Assembly: GCA_032718475.1 (NCBI GenBank)
Contig: JAUCBJ010008366.1
Location: 8,101-72,100 of the forward strand
Length of the DNA: 64,000 nucleotides
Direction of reading: 5' to 3'
From: Nemertoderma westbladi
Lineage: Eukaryota; Animalia; Xenacoelomorpha
Shown here piece by piece: positions 52,120 through 64,000 of the stretch (position 1 is its first letter; the number at the start of each line of letters is the position of its first letter). The notes under the pieces were generated by a model. The model did no database searches, was not told the DNA's origin, and saw nothing but the letters and a program-made list of their open reading frames with translations. A program made the position numbers and the translations under genes.

Positions 52120-55100
52120 TTAGAGGTAGTGAGGGGGGTGGATAGTGCGTCCAGACCGAGTTCGAACAGACGGGGCGTTCGGGGTGGGCGGTGGTGGTGT
52201 GTATGTCGGTGTCCCCCTAGTGGCGGGAAGGTCGGGAGGAACTCTGGGAGGTCGGCCGCGACGCCGTGGCTGCCCGTAGACGATCGGCTCAGTGCAGTCT
52301 AGATGTGCCGGCTTCAGTCGGTCGACGGACACTGTCTCGGTGCGGCCCCCAACGTCGAGTTGGAATGTCTTGGGCCCATGGACCAGGACCCGGTAGGGTC
52401 CCTCATATGGGCGTTCCAGGGGCGTCCGGTGGGCGTCCCGTCGGACGAAGACGTGTGGGGCATTTTGGAGTTCGTGGGGAACAGACGATGGGGTTGGACC
52501 GTGACGCGACGTGGGGACTGGGGCGAACCGTCCGACACGCTCGCGGAGTTGCGGAAGGATCGTGGACGGAGAGTGTGGGACGTCCGTCTGCGTGGGCGGG
52601 AGGAACTCGCCCGGGACGGTGAGGGGGGCACCGTAAACCAACTCGGCGGTGGAGGTGCCCAAGTCGTCCTTGGGTGCGGTCCTAATTCCGAGAAGGACCC
52701 ACGGCAACTCGTCGACCCAGGCGGGGCCGGTGAGGGACGCACGGAGGGCGGACTTGAGGTGGCGGTGGAAACGTTCCACCAGTCCGTTCGCCTGCGGGTG
52801 GTAGGCCGTTGTGCGGTGCAGTTGGGTGCCCAGCAGCTGGTTGACGGTGGACCAGAGCTGGGAAGTGAACTGCGAGCCCCGGTCGGAGGACACGTCAGTA
52901 GGGACGCCAAAACGGGCGATCCAGTTCGCGATGAGCGCGCGGGCGCAGCTCTCAGTGGAGGTGTCGGTGAGGGGAATGGCCTCCGGCCACCGGGTGAATC
53001 GATCCACCATCGTTAGGAGATGGGTGTACCCGTGGGACGGCGGGAGGGGCCCGACCAGATCTATGTGGATGTGGTCGAAGCGGCGATGGGGAGTCTCGAT
53101 GGTGCCGAGGGGAGCGCGGACGTGGTGTTGCACCTTGGACGTTTGGCACGGCACACAGGTTGTTGCCCATGCGCCGACCTGTTTCCGGAGGCCATGCCAA
53201 ACGAATCGGTCGGCGACGATTTTCTTAGTCGTGCGGACCCCCGGGTGCGAGAGGCCGTGGATGACGTCGAAGACGTGGCGACGCCACGTGGCCGGAACGA
53301 CCGGTCTGGGGTGGCCGAGAGAGACGTCGCAGAGCAGCGTTGCGCCGGAGGGGCCGATGGGGACGTCCTGCAGTTCGAGGCCCGAGATGGCGGTGCGGTA
53401 TGCGGCCATCTCGCTGTCGGCGAGTTGGGCGGCAGCCATGGCGACGTAGTCGAGGCCGGGGGTGTGTACAGCGCCGATGTGTGTCCTGGAGAGGGCGTCC
53501 GCCACACAGTTATCTTTCCCCGAGACGTGGGCGATGGCCGTGGTGAACTCCGACACATAGGCGATGTGCCGCTGTTGTCTGGAGGACCACGGGTCACTGA
53601 TCTTGGAGAAAGCGAACGTGAGAGGTTTGTGGTCCGTGTAGGCGGTGAAGGCGCGCCCCTCCAGGAAGTACCGGAAGTGGCGAATCGCGAGGTAGAGAGC
53701 CAGGAGCTCCCGGTCGAACGCGCTGTACTTCACCTCCGGGGGTCTCAACTGGCGGCTGAAGAACGCTAGGGGGCGCCACGACCCGCCGACCAGCTGCTCG
53801 AGGACGGCGCCCACGGCCGTGCCAGAGGCGTCCACTGTGAGTGCCGTGGGGGCGGTGGCTTCGGGGTGGGCCAACATGGTGGCGTGGGCGAGGACCTCCT
53901 TCGTGTCCCGGAAGGCTACCAGCATGTCGGGAGACCAATCGAGGAGTTTCGGCTTGGTACCGGAAAGGGCCCTGTAGAGAGGCCGCATAATGGCTGCAGC
54001 AGAGGGGATGAACCGATGGTAGAAGTTTACCATCCCCACGAACTCCTGCAGGCCCTTAACGGTGGTGGGCTGGGCGAAATCCCTGATGGCGGCGACCTTG
54101 TCAGGGAGGGGAACGGCTCCATGGGCCGAGATGCGGTGGCCGAGGAAGTCGATGACCGGTCGACCGAACTGGCACTTGGCGAGGTTGATGACGAGGCCGT
54201 GCTGCTGGAGGCGCGAGAAGAGCTGACGGAGATGGTCTCGGTGCTCCTGTCTGGACCGACTCGCGACGAGGACATCGTCTAGGTAGATGAAGACGAAGTC
54301 GAGTCCCTGGAGCGCCGAGTCCATCAGTCTCTGGAAGGCCTGGGCCGCGTTCTTCAGCCCGAACGGTACCCGGAGGAACTCGAAAAGGCCGAACGGGGTG
54401 ATGACGGCGGTCTTAGCGATGTCGACCTCATGGATGGGTATCTGGTGGTAACCGCGCACCAGATCGATCTTAGAGAAGATCCGTGCTCCTGCCAGGCGGG
54501 AGGAGAAGTCCTGGATGTGGGGAACAGGATACCGATCCGGAGTCGTGGCGTCGTTGAGGCGGCGGTAGTCGCCGCAGGGCCTCCAGCCACCCGAGGGTTT
54601 CGGGGCCATGTGGAGGGGAGACGACCAGGGACTGTTAGATCGGCGGACGATCCCCATCTCCTCCATCTTGCGGAACTCCTCCTTGGCGATCGCCAGTTTG
54701 TCTGGAGGGAGACGGCGGGCGCGGGCGTGGACTGGTGGCCTTTCGGTGGGGATATAGAGTTCCACGCCGTGTTTCACCGTCGGGTCGGAGAACCGAGGCT
54801 CCGTGATGTCGGGGAACTCGGCAAGGAGACGGGCGAACTCGTTGTCGGAGGAGGCGACGGAACCGAGGTGGAGAGCGTGTCCCGGGGTCCGCCCGCATGG
54901 AATCGAGGTCAACGTCTCGGCGTCGACCAGACGGCGGCCTCTCAGATCAACCAACAGGTTGTTGGCCCGGAGGAAGTCGGCTCCGAGGAGAGGCTGGTCC
55001 ACGTCCGCGGCCGTGAACCGCCACTCGAATTGGCGGGTCCCGAAACGCAGCGGAATTGTGCATTGTCCGTATGTCCTGATCGAGGTGCTATTGGCGGCTA

Positions 55101-55278
55101 CGAGGGGCGGACCGCTTCCGCCCGCGCGTGCCTCGTGCGTCATAGCCGGGATGACGCTGACCTCGGCCCCGGTGTCCACCAGAAACCGTTGCCCGGACAG
55201 TCGGTCCAGGACAAATAGCAGCAGATCGGGGTGGCCGGCCGTAGCAGCTGCTACTGACGGCCGGCCGGGGCGTTTCCC
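52120..55278 (-). CDS. pol: Pol polyprotein (PR-RT-RNaseH-IN), probably reached by -1 frameshift
   Basis: LVDTGA protease, YLDD RT, TVDAS...TDHKPL RNase H, HHCC plus D,D35E integrase, GPY motif; slippery G-GGA-AAC at 55272-55278. Confidence 0.96.
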   Translation of the reverse strand, partial: GKRPGRPSVAAATAGHPDLLLFVLDRLSGQRFLVDTGAEVSVIPAMTHEARAGGSGPPLVAANSTSIRTYGQCTIPLRFGTRQFEWRFTAADVDQPLLGADFLRANNLLVDLRGRRLVDAETLTSIPCGRTPGHALHLGSVASSDNEFARLLAEFPDITEPRFSDPTVKHGVELYIPTERPPVHARARRLPPDKLAIAKEEFRKMEEMGIVRRSNSPWSSPLHMAPKPSGGWRPCGDYRRLNDATTPDRYPVPHIQDFSSRLAGARIFSKIDLVRGYHQIPIHEVDIAKTAVITPFGLFEFLRVPFGLKNAAQAFQRLMDSALQGLDFVFIYLDDVLVASRSRQEHRDHLRQLFSRLQQHGLVINLAKCQFGRPVIDFLGHRISAHGAVPLPDKVAAIRDFAQPTTVKGLQEFVGMVNFYHRFIPSAAAIMRPLYRALSGTKPKLLDWSPDMLVAFRDTKEVLAHATMLAHPEATAPTALTVDASGTAVGAVLEQLVGGSWRPLAFFSRQLRPPEVKYSAFDRELLALYLAIRHFRYFLEGRAFTAYTDHKPLTFAFSKISDPWSSRQQRHIAYVSEFTTAIAHVSGKDNCVADALSRTHIGAVHTPGLDYVAMAAAQLADSEMAAYRTAISGLELQDVPIGPSGATLLCDVSLGHPRPVVPATWRRHVFDVIHGLSHPGVRTTKKIVADRFVWHGLRKQVGAWATTCVPCQTSKVQHHVRAPLGTIETPHRRFDHIHIDLVGPLPPSHGYTHLLTMVDRFTRWPEAIPLTDTSTESCARALIANWIARFGVPTDVSSDRGSQFTSQLWSTVNQLLGTQLHRTTAYHPQANGLVERFHRHLKSALRASLTGPAWVDELPWVLLGIRTAPKDDLGTSTAELVYGAPLTVPGEFLPPTQTDVPHSPSTILPQLRERVGRFAPVPTSRHGPTPSSVPHELQNAPHVFVRRDAHRTPLERPYEGPYRVLVHGPKTFQLDVGGRTETVSVDRLKPAHLDCTEPIVYGQPRRRGRPPRVPPDLPATRGTPTYTPPPPTPNAPSVRTRSGRTIHPPHYL

Positions 55279-55991
55279 GGAAAAGTGCAGGGCGAGCGGC
55301 ACTTCCGGGCGTCGGTGCCAAACTTCTGGTGGAAGTAGCACCAGTCGTCGTGAGCAGGCTGGGGGACGCGTGAACTCCGGCCGCTAGTTGGGGGGCCGGT
55401 GGAGGGCTTGTGGCGGGCCGGCCCGCCGGGACCTCGTACAGTACGCACTGCCGGCTCCGGTACGATGAGCGGCGTCGCTACAGCATGAGCGGAGAGTGAG
55501 CTCGAGCGGGAGGTTTCCCAAAGCGCGTCGGCACGGTCTGCGACGCGGTCGAGGTCGCGAAAGTCCTCCTCGGCGAGTTGGAGGCGTATGGCGTCGGGCA
55601 TCTGGCGGAGGAACGCCTCCTCGAACAGCAGGCAGTGGTGGTTATCACCGAGGAGTGCCTGCATCTCACCGAGGAGCTGCGAGGGTCGGCGGTCGCCGAG
55701 GCCGTTCAAGTCCCAGAGCCGCGCGGCGCGGTCGCGGCGGGAGAGTCCGAACACCTTGAGGAGTTTGGCCTTGATCTGGGCGTACTGGTCGACAGTAGGG
55801 GGATCCCGGATCAGCTGGAGGAGGCGACTGGCAGTGTCCTGGTCGAGGGCCCCCACCACGTAGTAGTACTTAGTGGCCTCGGTTGTGACGCCCCGGATGG
55901 CGAACTGTGCCTCGGCCTGGGCGAACCAAACCTCAGGCTGGTTAGTCCAGAAGGTGGGCAGTTTTAGGGAGACGGCATTTGCCTCAGCCAT
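55251..55991 (-). CDS. gag: Gag with CHCC zinc knuckle
   Basis: [22 protein letters not shown]-terminus; C-x2-H-x9-C-x3-C ([18 protein letters not shown]). Confidence 0.95.
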   Translation of the reverse strand: MAEANAVSLKLPTFWTNQPEVWFAQAEAQFAIRGVTTEATKYYYVVGALDQDTASRLLQLIRDPPTVDQYAQIKAKLLKVFGLSRRDRAARLWDLNGLGDRRPSQLLGEMQALLGDNHHCLLFEEAFLRQMPDAIRLQLAEEDFRDLDRVADRADALWETSRSSSLSAHAVATPLIVPEPAVRTVRGPGGPARHKPSTGPPTSGRSSRVPQPAHDDWCYFHQKFGTDARKCRSPCTFPGNAPAGRQ

Positions 55992-56225
55992 GGTGAAGGC
56001 GTTGGAGCGGGGCGCGAATAACGGGAGGGCTGTTGGTTGCAGTTCGACTCAACAAATCGTGCTGAGCAGTCGGGTCACCAATGTGGCAGTATAATATCCA
56101 GGCAGTAGTTAGCCTACACCAGTATGCAACATGCCAGGTCATAGGCTACTCCTACTCTAATACTTGTCCGAGTATATGGCAAAACTCAGTAGGTCCTGAG
56201 TATGTAAGTGGCACCGCCACACACT

Positions 56226-59030
56226 CCAAATAACTGCACGACAAGTAAAAAATGCATATAACTCCACCAGTGCACGCATAAAATATAAATAACACGAGGA
56301 AGAAAAACTGGCAATAATTGGACAATTATGTTTATGGAGGGAGAAGATAACCCAGGCAGTAGCTGCACTTATGAGTATCTCAGGTAGATCAATATTAAAA
56401 CTTAAAAACGTTTCACTCAGAAAGAATTCAAAAAAAAATTTTCAAACAAAGTTTACAAAAAACATATCAATTAAACTAATACGAAACGGACAAGGTCGTA
56501 TTGCTACGTAGTTTCACAGTAGATAGCTCACTTGAACAGATTTAAAATTTAAAATAAGGTAAAATTAATTGATATAATAAGAACAAAAACAACAGAACGA
56601 GGCAGGGTGGAATTAATATGTGGCTGTACAGTAGTTACATTAAGCAGTCTAAGCACACTAGATAATTATTACTGAACAGATTGATGATTGAATGCAAAAT
56701 GCACGTGAGTAAAAAATATAACAAAAAATAAGAAACAAAGACGACACGGAACGAGGCAGGGGGGATTTGTACGTAGCTATACAGTAGTTAAAAGCTCAAC
56801 ACATCAACGATGAGTATTACTGAAAAAATTAAAAAATGTTAGGGACTGATTACTAATTAATACATTGACACAGATGGCTGAAGTCTATGTTGCATATTCG
56901 GCGATTAAAGTTATTTAAATTAATTGCATTCACAGTCTCTAAATGTACAGTAGATAATTCCAAACTGATACAGACCTGTTTGCAAAGCGGTTTCTAGAGA
57001 CAACTAATCAACTTTGTTGCACGAATAGTTTCATATTATGTCCCCGCAAACCCTCGATGTTCACATCCATAAAAAAATCGCTAAAACATACTGTAGATCA
57101 ATGTTGTTGTGACATATATTATACACCATTCGGATGTCGATAATAATTCGCCTAATTTCTAACATTTGTAAGTTGAGGTGTGATAGTCTGTTAGAGTAAC
57201 TGCTATCGGTGTGAACAATTTACTCTAACAGAGGGCGTACGCCGTACATATGCCTTATGCAGTAATTAACACCTTAACATTTGACGTGAGAAAACATCTA
57301 AATACTATGTTGCCCACTTAGTAAGCCTTTGACACTTGGTGGCTGCAATATTTGCTGAAATGACGATTTTTAGTCTTAATAACCCCAAGATCTTTACAGG
57401 ATTCCTTGAGTTCTAGAATAGAACCATTTAGGGTGTACTGGACACGCGGTTGGTGTGCCAAGGTGAAGGACAGGGCATTTATGCGCAGCGACATTTAGTT
57501 GCCACGTTTTACTCCAACGGGTTAGAGAATCTAACGCTAGTTGGTATATTTACCGAATTTTCACTGCTGTCATAAATTTTCCAATCATCAGCAAATAGTT
57601 TGCAATCGACATACAGTACAGAAGGCAAATCATTTATAAACACAAGGAATAAAATCGGTCCCAAGACGCTTCCTTGGGGGGTTGCCGATATGACATCAGC
57701 ATAATCTGATTACTTATTGCCTACTAATATGCACTGTTTGCGATTTGTTAAAAAGGCGCGAATCCAGTCTAATTGATTACCCATGATCCCATACGCAGCC
57801 AACTTTTGTAAAAGTTTTCTGTGTACCACCTTGTCGAATGCTTTCTCAAAGTCGATATAAATTATTATATCAATATTATGTTTTTTATCTAAAAGCTTAT
57901 ACCAGTCATTGGTGCACTCGAGTAAATGGGTGGCTGTGGATCACCGCTTCAGAAAATCATGTTGATTTTTTGAAATAATGCTGTTTGAAAGGAGGTACTT
58001 TAAGAGCTCATTTTTTATACATGTTTCCATTATTTTGCATGCCAGAGATATCGGCCGATAGTTGTATGGGTTTGATGGGTTATCTTTCATAAACAGTGGT
58101 ACAACAATGGCGGTGCGCCAGGTATTCGGTAAGGAGTGCGAACTAAAAGATATATCAAAAATCGCCGACACAGCCAGTTGTCTAGCCAAACTTCGAAATA
58201 AAAGACTATGTAAGCCATCTGGTGTGGAGCCAGATTTGTTTGGTAAGTCACGTAAAATCTTATATACTGCACTAGGATTAAAATTAACATCACTTAAGTA
58301 GGTATTATAAGGCACCGCACGATTAAACGTAGGAATATTGCCATCGTTTTTGTCAGTAATTTTCCGCCAGTACTTTAGAAAAATCCTGGCCTTGATAGCG
58401 TCATCAACGATCACATCACCAATGTATATAAAGTGTGCAACTCCCGAATTACGTTTTGAATTTACGTAGCTAAAAATAGCATTTGGACATCCAGACGTTA
58501 GAATCTGGTTTTCATTCAGACACACGTTTCTAAATATTGTTCTAGACATTTCTTTCGAACAGCGGTCATACGCTAATTTGCCCTGGTTCGAATTTCGCCT
58601 TCTCCACAGTAAATTTTTTTTACGTTGTAGTTTCTTAATATGATCGGGATAACGCTTCTTTAGTGAAACCGGGATTTCTTTACGAGGAAAAAACGGTTTA
58701 TTCCCTGTTTAAGAACATCATCAAAAGCACCCCAATATGTATCTACTGTATCACAAGAATGAAAATTACGTGACCAGTCTTGAGCTTCTAAAAATGAAGA
58801 AAAGGCTGCGAAGTCGGCATTCTGAACGTCTAAATAATGTAATGGTTCACTGTTAACAAATTGGTATGGACCACATAGGTTAAAGGTTACAGACTAATGG
58901 TCACTAGTGAAAAAAACATACGTTTACAGTGACGTCACTAACACAGAGTACGTCACTGGTGAAAACTAAGTCTAGCGTACGTTCCCCCGTGGTGGGTTTA
59001 TTTACAAGTTGAGTGAAAAAAAAGCTTGAG
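56226..59030 (-). mobile_element. Decayed CR1-like LINE body (RT region and 3' UTR); tail at ~51924-51950, endonuclease remnant at ~62205-62418
   Basis: PYNYRPISL, YIDFEKAFDKV, PQGSVLGPILFLVFINDL, LFADD motifs; GGGV and GDFN remnants near 62250-62400. Confidence 0.88.
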
Positions 59031-59546
59031 TTTAAAAAAGCTCTGTACTGTACATCATACCTGTCCTAACCCCACACAGGAGTACGACTTCGTTATTGCC
59101 TTTTGTCATAACACATTAACCCCAATATTATTAATACCTTTTACTCTGTGTCTTACCATCCTGAGACTGGGTTGAGTACGACTTCGTTATTGCTTTTTGT
59201 TTAACACATTAACTCTAATATCAATAATACCTTTTACTCTGAGTATGGCCTACGATATTGACTTTCTTCTAAACCCCCCTTTTTAACACTTCGTGTACTG
59301 TACATCATATTGTACCTGCCCTAAACACGTATACATGAACCGGAGTACAATTTCGTTATCGCTTTTTGTCATAACAACCCCGATTTAATAAAATACATTT
59401 TACTCATATCTAATGGTAGCTTTAAATAAACTATGTGTATTTTACTAACCTGTGTTTTGTGCGTATCTCTTCTAAATAACATGTTATTAGGACCTAATCA
59501 CATAGAACCCTCGTAATATAATAGAGAGGGATTTATGAATTGGTGG

Positions 59547-60469
59547 CGGTGTCACAAGGAAATCAGCCCCCCCCCCTAGAATATGCCCCCCGGGGCATTA
59601 TTTCCTAGGATATTATGTCCCCCCGGGCAATTTTTCCTAGGAAATTTAGCCCGGGGTGGCATTTTCTCCTTAGGAAATAATGCCTCCCCTCAGGAAAATT
59701 AGCCCCCCTCAAAAGTCTGAAAACTGGTACGATACCGGTCTGCTGGTAGCCACTTTTAATCTACCAACTGCAGAACTTATAATAGTTGGAAGAATAGTAC
59801 GGTACCGGTCTGCCGGTAGGTAAGCAGGTAAGGCAGTAAGGGATGTAGAACAGCATACTGAAGTATCTAAGTCAGTAGGCTACTGTAGTAACTACTGGTA
59901 TAACAGCAGTGCGAGTGTGTGGTGTTGTGTGGGCGCCGAGCAGCTCCAAGCTTTTTTAAGTCTGTAACCTGCTCCTTTCCCTGATTTGGAAAAGTGATTG
60001 TTTATTGTTTTGGTTAGAAAATCCCGCCTCTGTAACCTGCTCCTTTCTCTCAATTGGTAATGTTATCGTTTATTGTTTTGGTTAGAAAATCCCGTCTCTG
60101 TAACCTGCTCCTTTCCCTGATTTGCTAAAGTGACTGTTTATTGTTTTGGTTAGAAAATCCCGCCTCTGTAACCTGCTCCTTTCCCTCAATTAGTTAAATG
60201 ATCGTTTATTGTTTTGGTTAGAAAGGCCTGCCTCTGTAACCTGCTCCTTTCCTTCATTTGGTAAAGTGACTGTTTATTGTTTTGTATAATTTTTGTAAGT
60301 TTTAGTAGTAATAAGTTTTGTTTATTGTATAATTCAGGGGGGGCATAATTTCCTAAGGGGGGGCGTTTTTTCCTAGGGAAATTTGCCCGGGGGGGCATTT
60401 TTTCCTAGGAAAATATGCCCCCCCGCCCCGGGCACATTTCCCGGGGGGGCATATTTTCCTGTTACAGCG
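59547..60469. mobile_element. Non-autonomous element with TTTCCTAGGA/G-run subterminal repeats
   Basis: Imperfect TIRs CGGTGTCACAAGGAAA / TTTCCTGTTACAGCG; contains a 69-bp satellite array. Confidence 0.65.
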
Positions 60470-60638
60470 GGATGCAATTATTATTACAATAATTTAACTT
60501 TTACCATAATATAGTCTGAAGTAGCCCGGTAAGGGCGAAAACGTTCACTAACATTAGTATTTATTGTTTCTGTCAGATAAAACCCCGGACATTTACCTTA
60601 ATTGACTTATTTTCTCAATTGGTAATTAGTTTACTTAA

Positions 60639-62200
60639 CCCTATTAAACGCGGGGGGGGGGTCAATATGACCCCCCCGTGGTTTTTTTATTATAATTCTG
60701 AAACAAACGCAGTTGGGAATCTGAAATTTTATGACTTTTCCTAAAAATCTATTGTCTTCCTAGTAGTTAAAACCGTTTTCAAAAATATTGGGTAGTTTTC
60801 GAGTTATAGCACCATTTTTTAACCCTACTTTTGGCACTTTTTTTGAGACGTTTTTTGAAAATTACATTTCATTAAATATGAATTGTAACATCTCTATTTT
60901 TGATTTACACCGGTTTTTTGGTGTTAGAAATATGATGGAATTCATATAAATTGATTTAGAAATTTCAAACTCGTTTTTTTCGGTGGGTGCCAAATTTTGG
61001 TGCCAGCACCAAATTTTGAATTATGTCAATTTTGTAAATTGATTGTTTGAAACTTGTTTTTTACGCAATTGGGGTTTTTTGGGGTTCTGGATTCGATGAA
61101 ATATATACGAGTTGCACCAAGCGTATCAAACTTGTATTTTTCTCTGCTGTGTGCAAATTTTGGTGCTAGCACGAAATTTTGAAAATTCATTCGATAGATA
61201 AAATTGCTTGTGACAATTTATTTCTTGCGTTTTAGAGGTTTATGGCTGTTCTGAATTCAATGGAATAAATAATTATCGAACTAGACATCTCAAACTTGTA
61301 TTTTTCGGAATTGGGTGCAAAATGTGGTGCTAGCACCAAATTTTGAAAACCATCAACTATATCAATTGATTGTGTCACCTTGTTTCTTGCGTTATACGGG
61401 TTTGTGATGGTTCTGAATTCAATGGAATCAGTAAAAATTTCATAAGAGTTCTCAAACTGGTATTTTTCGCCAGTGGGTGAAAATTGTTGTGCCAGCACCA
61501 AATTTTGGAAAATATGCAAATTTATCAGTAGATAGTATCACCTTGTTTCTTGCGTTATACGGGTTTATGAGGGTCCTGAATCCGATGGAATCCATAAAAA
61601 CAGCACTGGACATCGCATACTTGTACTTTTTGGTGATGGGTACGAAATTTGGTGCTAGCACCAAAATTTGCCAAATTACGCCGAAAAATACAAGTATCAA
61701 TGATCTGACATATTAGAAATGCATTCCATTAGAATCAGCGCAATCGAAAACCTGAAAATGTGAATTTATAGCATCGTATAAGTGAATTAAAAATTTTGTG
61801 TTCTACCTGAAAAGTGCTGGTTACTTGTTTTTTTCATTTCTTTCCTACGCAGAGAGGACTAAACGGCCATTTATAGTAATTATATCATTTTTAAATATTT
61901 TCCAATGTTTTTTGCACCCCAGAAAACCTGTATTGAAAAATAATTAGCCGAAAATGTAACTTTCAAATTTTGTGAAAATTGTGCACTACTTGTAATTTTG
62001 GTGCTGTAATATAACCACCCCAGTACATTTTTTCGAAAATTTTTTTTTCGGTCGGATCCTGGCAAGTGATACCTACGGACAAACAAAAAATCAGACGTTT
62101 TCGTAAATATTTGTAGATTTTAGAGGGGGGGGGGGGGGGGGGGTCAATATGAACCCCTCCCGGTATTTGTACAGCATTTTATAGCCCGGTACTAATAGGG
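60639..62200 (+). mobile_element. Full piggyBac-like MITE
   Basis: TTAA|CCCTATTA ... TAATAGGG|TTAA; internal ~180-bp repeats. Confidence 0.88.
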
Positions 62201-62419
62201 TTAATATATATCAGATTACGGAAAGGTCATTGCTTCCCAGTTAAATTAAAATTAAAATCACCAAAAAAACTGTAGGGTAACTAACATCAGACTGCATCAA
62301 CTGCAATAATTTCACAATCCTCATATTTTTTATCCGGAAAAATTCTGGCACATTGTAAATTTTTCGATTTATCAATGATTATTGCTACACCACCACCAGT
62401 GGTTGTTAAACCATCGGAG

Positions 62420-62930
62420 AGATCCTAACTAGGCGAAGTTAGATCCTAACTAGGTGGACTTAGATCCTAACTAGGCGAAGTTAGATCCTAACTAGGTGAA
62501 CTTAGATCCTAACTAGGCGAAGTTAGATCCTAACTAGGTAAACTTAGATCCTAACTGGGTGAACTTGGATCCTAACTAGGTGAACTTAGATCCTAACTAG
62601 GCGAAGTTAGATCCTAACTAGTTAAACTTAGATCCTAACTGGGTGAACTTAGATCCTAACTTGGTGAACTTAGATCCTAACTAGGTGAACTTAGATCCTA
62701 ACTAGGTGAAGTTAGATCCTATCTATTGTAGGAGATGTTAGATCCTAACTAGGTGAACTTAGAACCCAATTTATGCCATTAAAAGCCTTTTTTGGTAATC
62801 ATCATCATGCTAGTCACTAAGCGAACTTAGATCCCACGTTGAAAGCAAAGCAACTTAGATCTTAGGTGAACTTAGATCCCAATTTATACAAATTCCTTAG
62901 CACACGCTAGAGGAGAAGCGAACTTAGATC
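62420..62930. repeat. 21-bp repeat array GAACTTAGATCCTAACTAGGT
   Basis: ~16 tandem units plus dispersed monomers. Confidence 0.92.
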
Positions 62931-63239
62931 CCAGGTATTGTGCGTTGGCCGCGTTCCATCGATATTATAGTATATTTAACTGTGTTATTACGCATATAAA
63001 ATACTTATAATGATCTATGCAAATATGTCATACACTCAAAGCAGTTGCGATCAGTGACTCACCAACAAACTATAATTTGCCAATCATAATAGCTACATAA
63101 TTCATTGCAATGTATTGGTGGTAGGATCTAAGTTCGGTTTCCTTCAATCGTGATAATATTTACAGTACTGTCGTAAGGTCTGCTGGCCAATGGGAATGAC
63201 ATTTCACATTAACAGCTACGTTTGAGCAATATATTCAAG

Positions 63240-63910
63240 GTAGGATCCAAGTTCATATGTTGAGGATGCAAGTTCGTATGTTGAGGATCTAAGTTCCTAT
63301 GGAAGGATCTAAGTTCATATGGGATGGATCTAAGTTCATATGGGAAGGATCTAAGTTCCTATGGGAAGGATCTAAGTTCATATGGGAAGAATCTAAGTTC
63401 CTAGGGGAAGGATCTAAGTTCCTATGGGAAGAATCCTAGTTCGTATGTTGAGGATCTAAGCTCATATAGGAAGGATCAAATTTCGTGTGTTGAGGATCTA
63501 AGTTCTTATGGGAAGGATCTAAGTTCCTATGGGAGGATCTAAGTTCGTATGGGAAGGATCTAAGTTGCTATGGAGAGGATCTAAGTTCCTATGGGAAGGA
63601 TCTAAGTTCGTATGGGAGGATCTAAGTTTCTATGGGAAGGATCTAAGTTCGTATGGGAAGGATCTAAGTTCGTATGGGAGGATCTAAGTTTCTATGGGAA
63701 GGATCTAAGTTCCTATGGGAAGGATCTAAGTTCATATGGGAAGGATCTAAGTTCCTATGGGAAGGATCTAAGTTCCTATGGGAAGGATCTAAGTTCCCAT
63801 GGGAAGGATCTAAGTTCGTAGGGGAAGGATCTAAGTTCATATGGGAAGGATCTAAGTTCGTATGTGAAGGATCTATGTTCATCCAAGATCTAAGTTCGTT
63901 CAGGATCTAA
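63240..63910. repeat. 21-bp repeat array GGATCTAAGTTCCTATGGGAA (shared 12-bp core in inverted orientation)
   Basis: ~30 units; core GGATCTAAGTTC is the reverse complement of GAACTTAGATCC, resembling transposon subterminal repeats. Confidence 0.92.
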
Positions 63911-64000
63911 GGTGCTCTGGGATCTAAAGCTGGGGAGCCGTCTCATACACTTGTAGACCAGACTGCCAGATCCTGATCACAGTTCTGACACTGGCAACTT

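Larger units (their letters stand above)
51956..56221 (-). mobile_element. Full-length Ty3/Gypsy LTR retrotransposon, CsRn1-like lineage
   Basis: 140-bp TG..CA LTRs (51956-52095, 56082-56221) that appear identical; 4-bp TSD CACT; PBS TGGTGACCCGAC (56069-56080, tRNA-Trp-like); G-rich PPT; intact gag and pol. Confidence 0.97.

Noticed and set aside
52266-56094. Many overlapping and antisense ORFs in the Gypsy element
   Set aside because: Expected from high GC content and codon bias of gag/pol; no recognisable motifs.
63612-63910. WEGSKF / NLDPSH repeat proteins
   Set aside because: Translations of a 21-bp satellite.

Overview
AT-rich, repeat-dense eukaryotic (invertebrate-animal-like) DNA. 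Left part (~1-23.4 kb): a minus-strand multi-exon gene. Seven phase-compatible GT-AG exons (ATG at 23049 to 13265, 562 codons) encode a low-complexity N-terminus, a matrin/U1-type C2H2 zinc finger and a K/D/E-rich region. Its introns carry three multi-copy candidate snoRNA families, all on the host strand: a ~190-nt C/D RNA (5 full copies + 1 partial), a ~93-nt C/D RNA (2 copies) and an H/ACA RNA (3 copies) whose two pockets fit conserved 28S and 18S pseudouridine sites. One exon/intron junction of this gene is amplified into a ~1.2-kb tandem array of ~49 consecutive 5' splice sites. A Helentron/HINE-like element at the left end has ~150-bp repeats that each retain a CTCF-like motif. Right part (~24-64 kb): almost entirely transposons, including nested non-autonomous DNA elements (5-bp, 8-bp and TTAA TSDs), decayed CR1 and RTE LINEs, satellites, and one intact GC-rich CsRn1-type Gypsy LTR element with apparently identical LTRs. 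All calls are by eye; no searches or folding programs were run.
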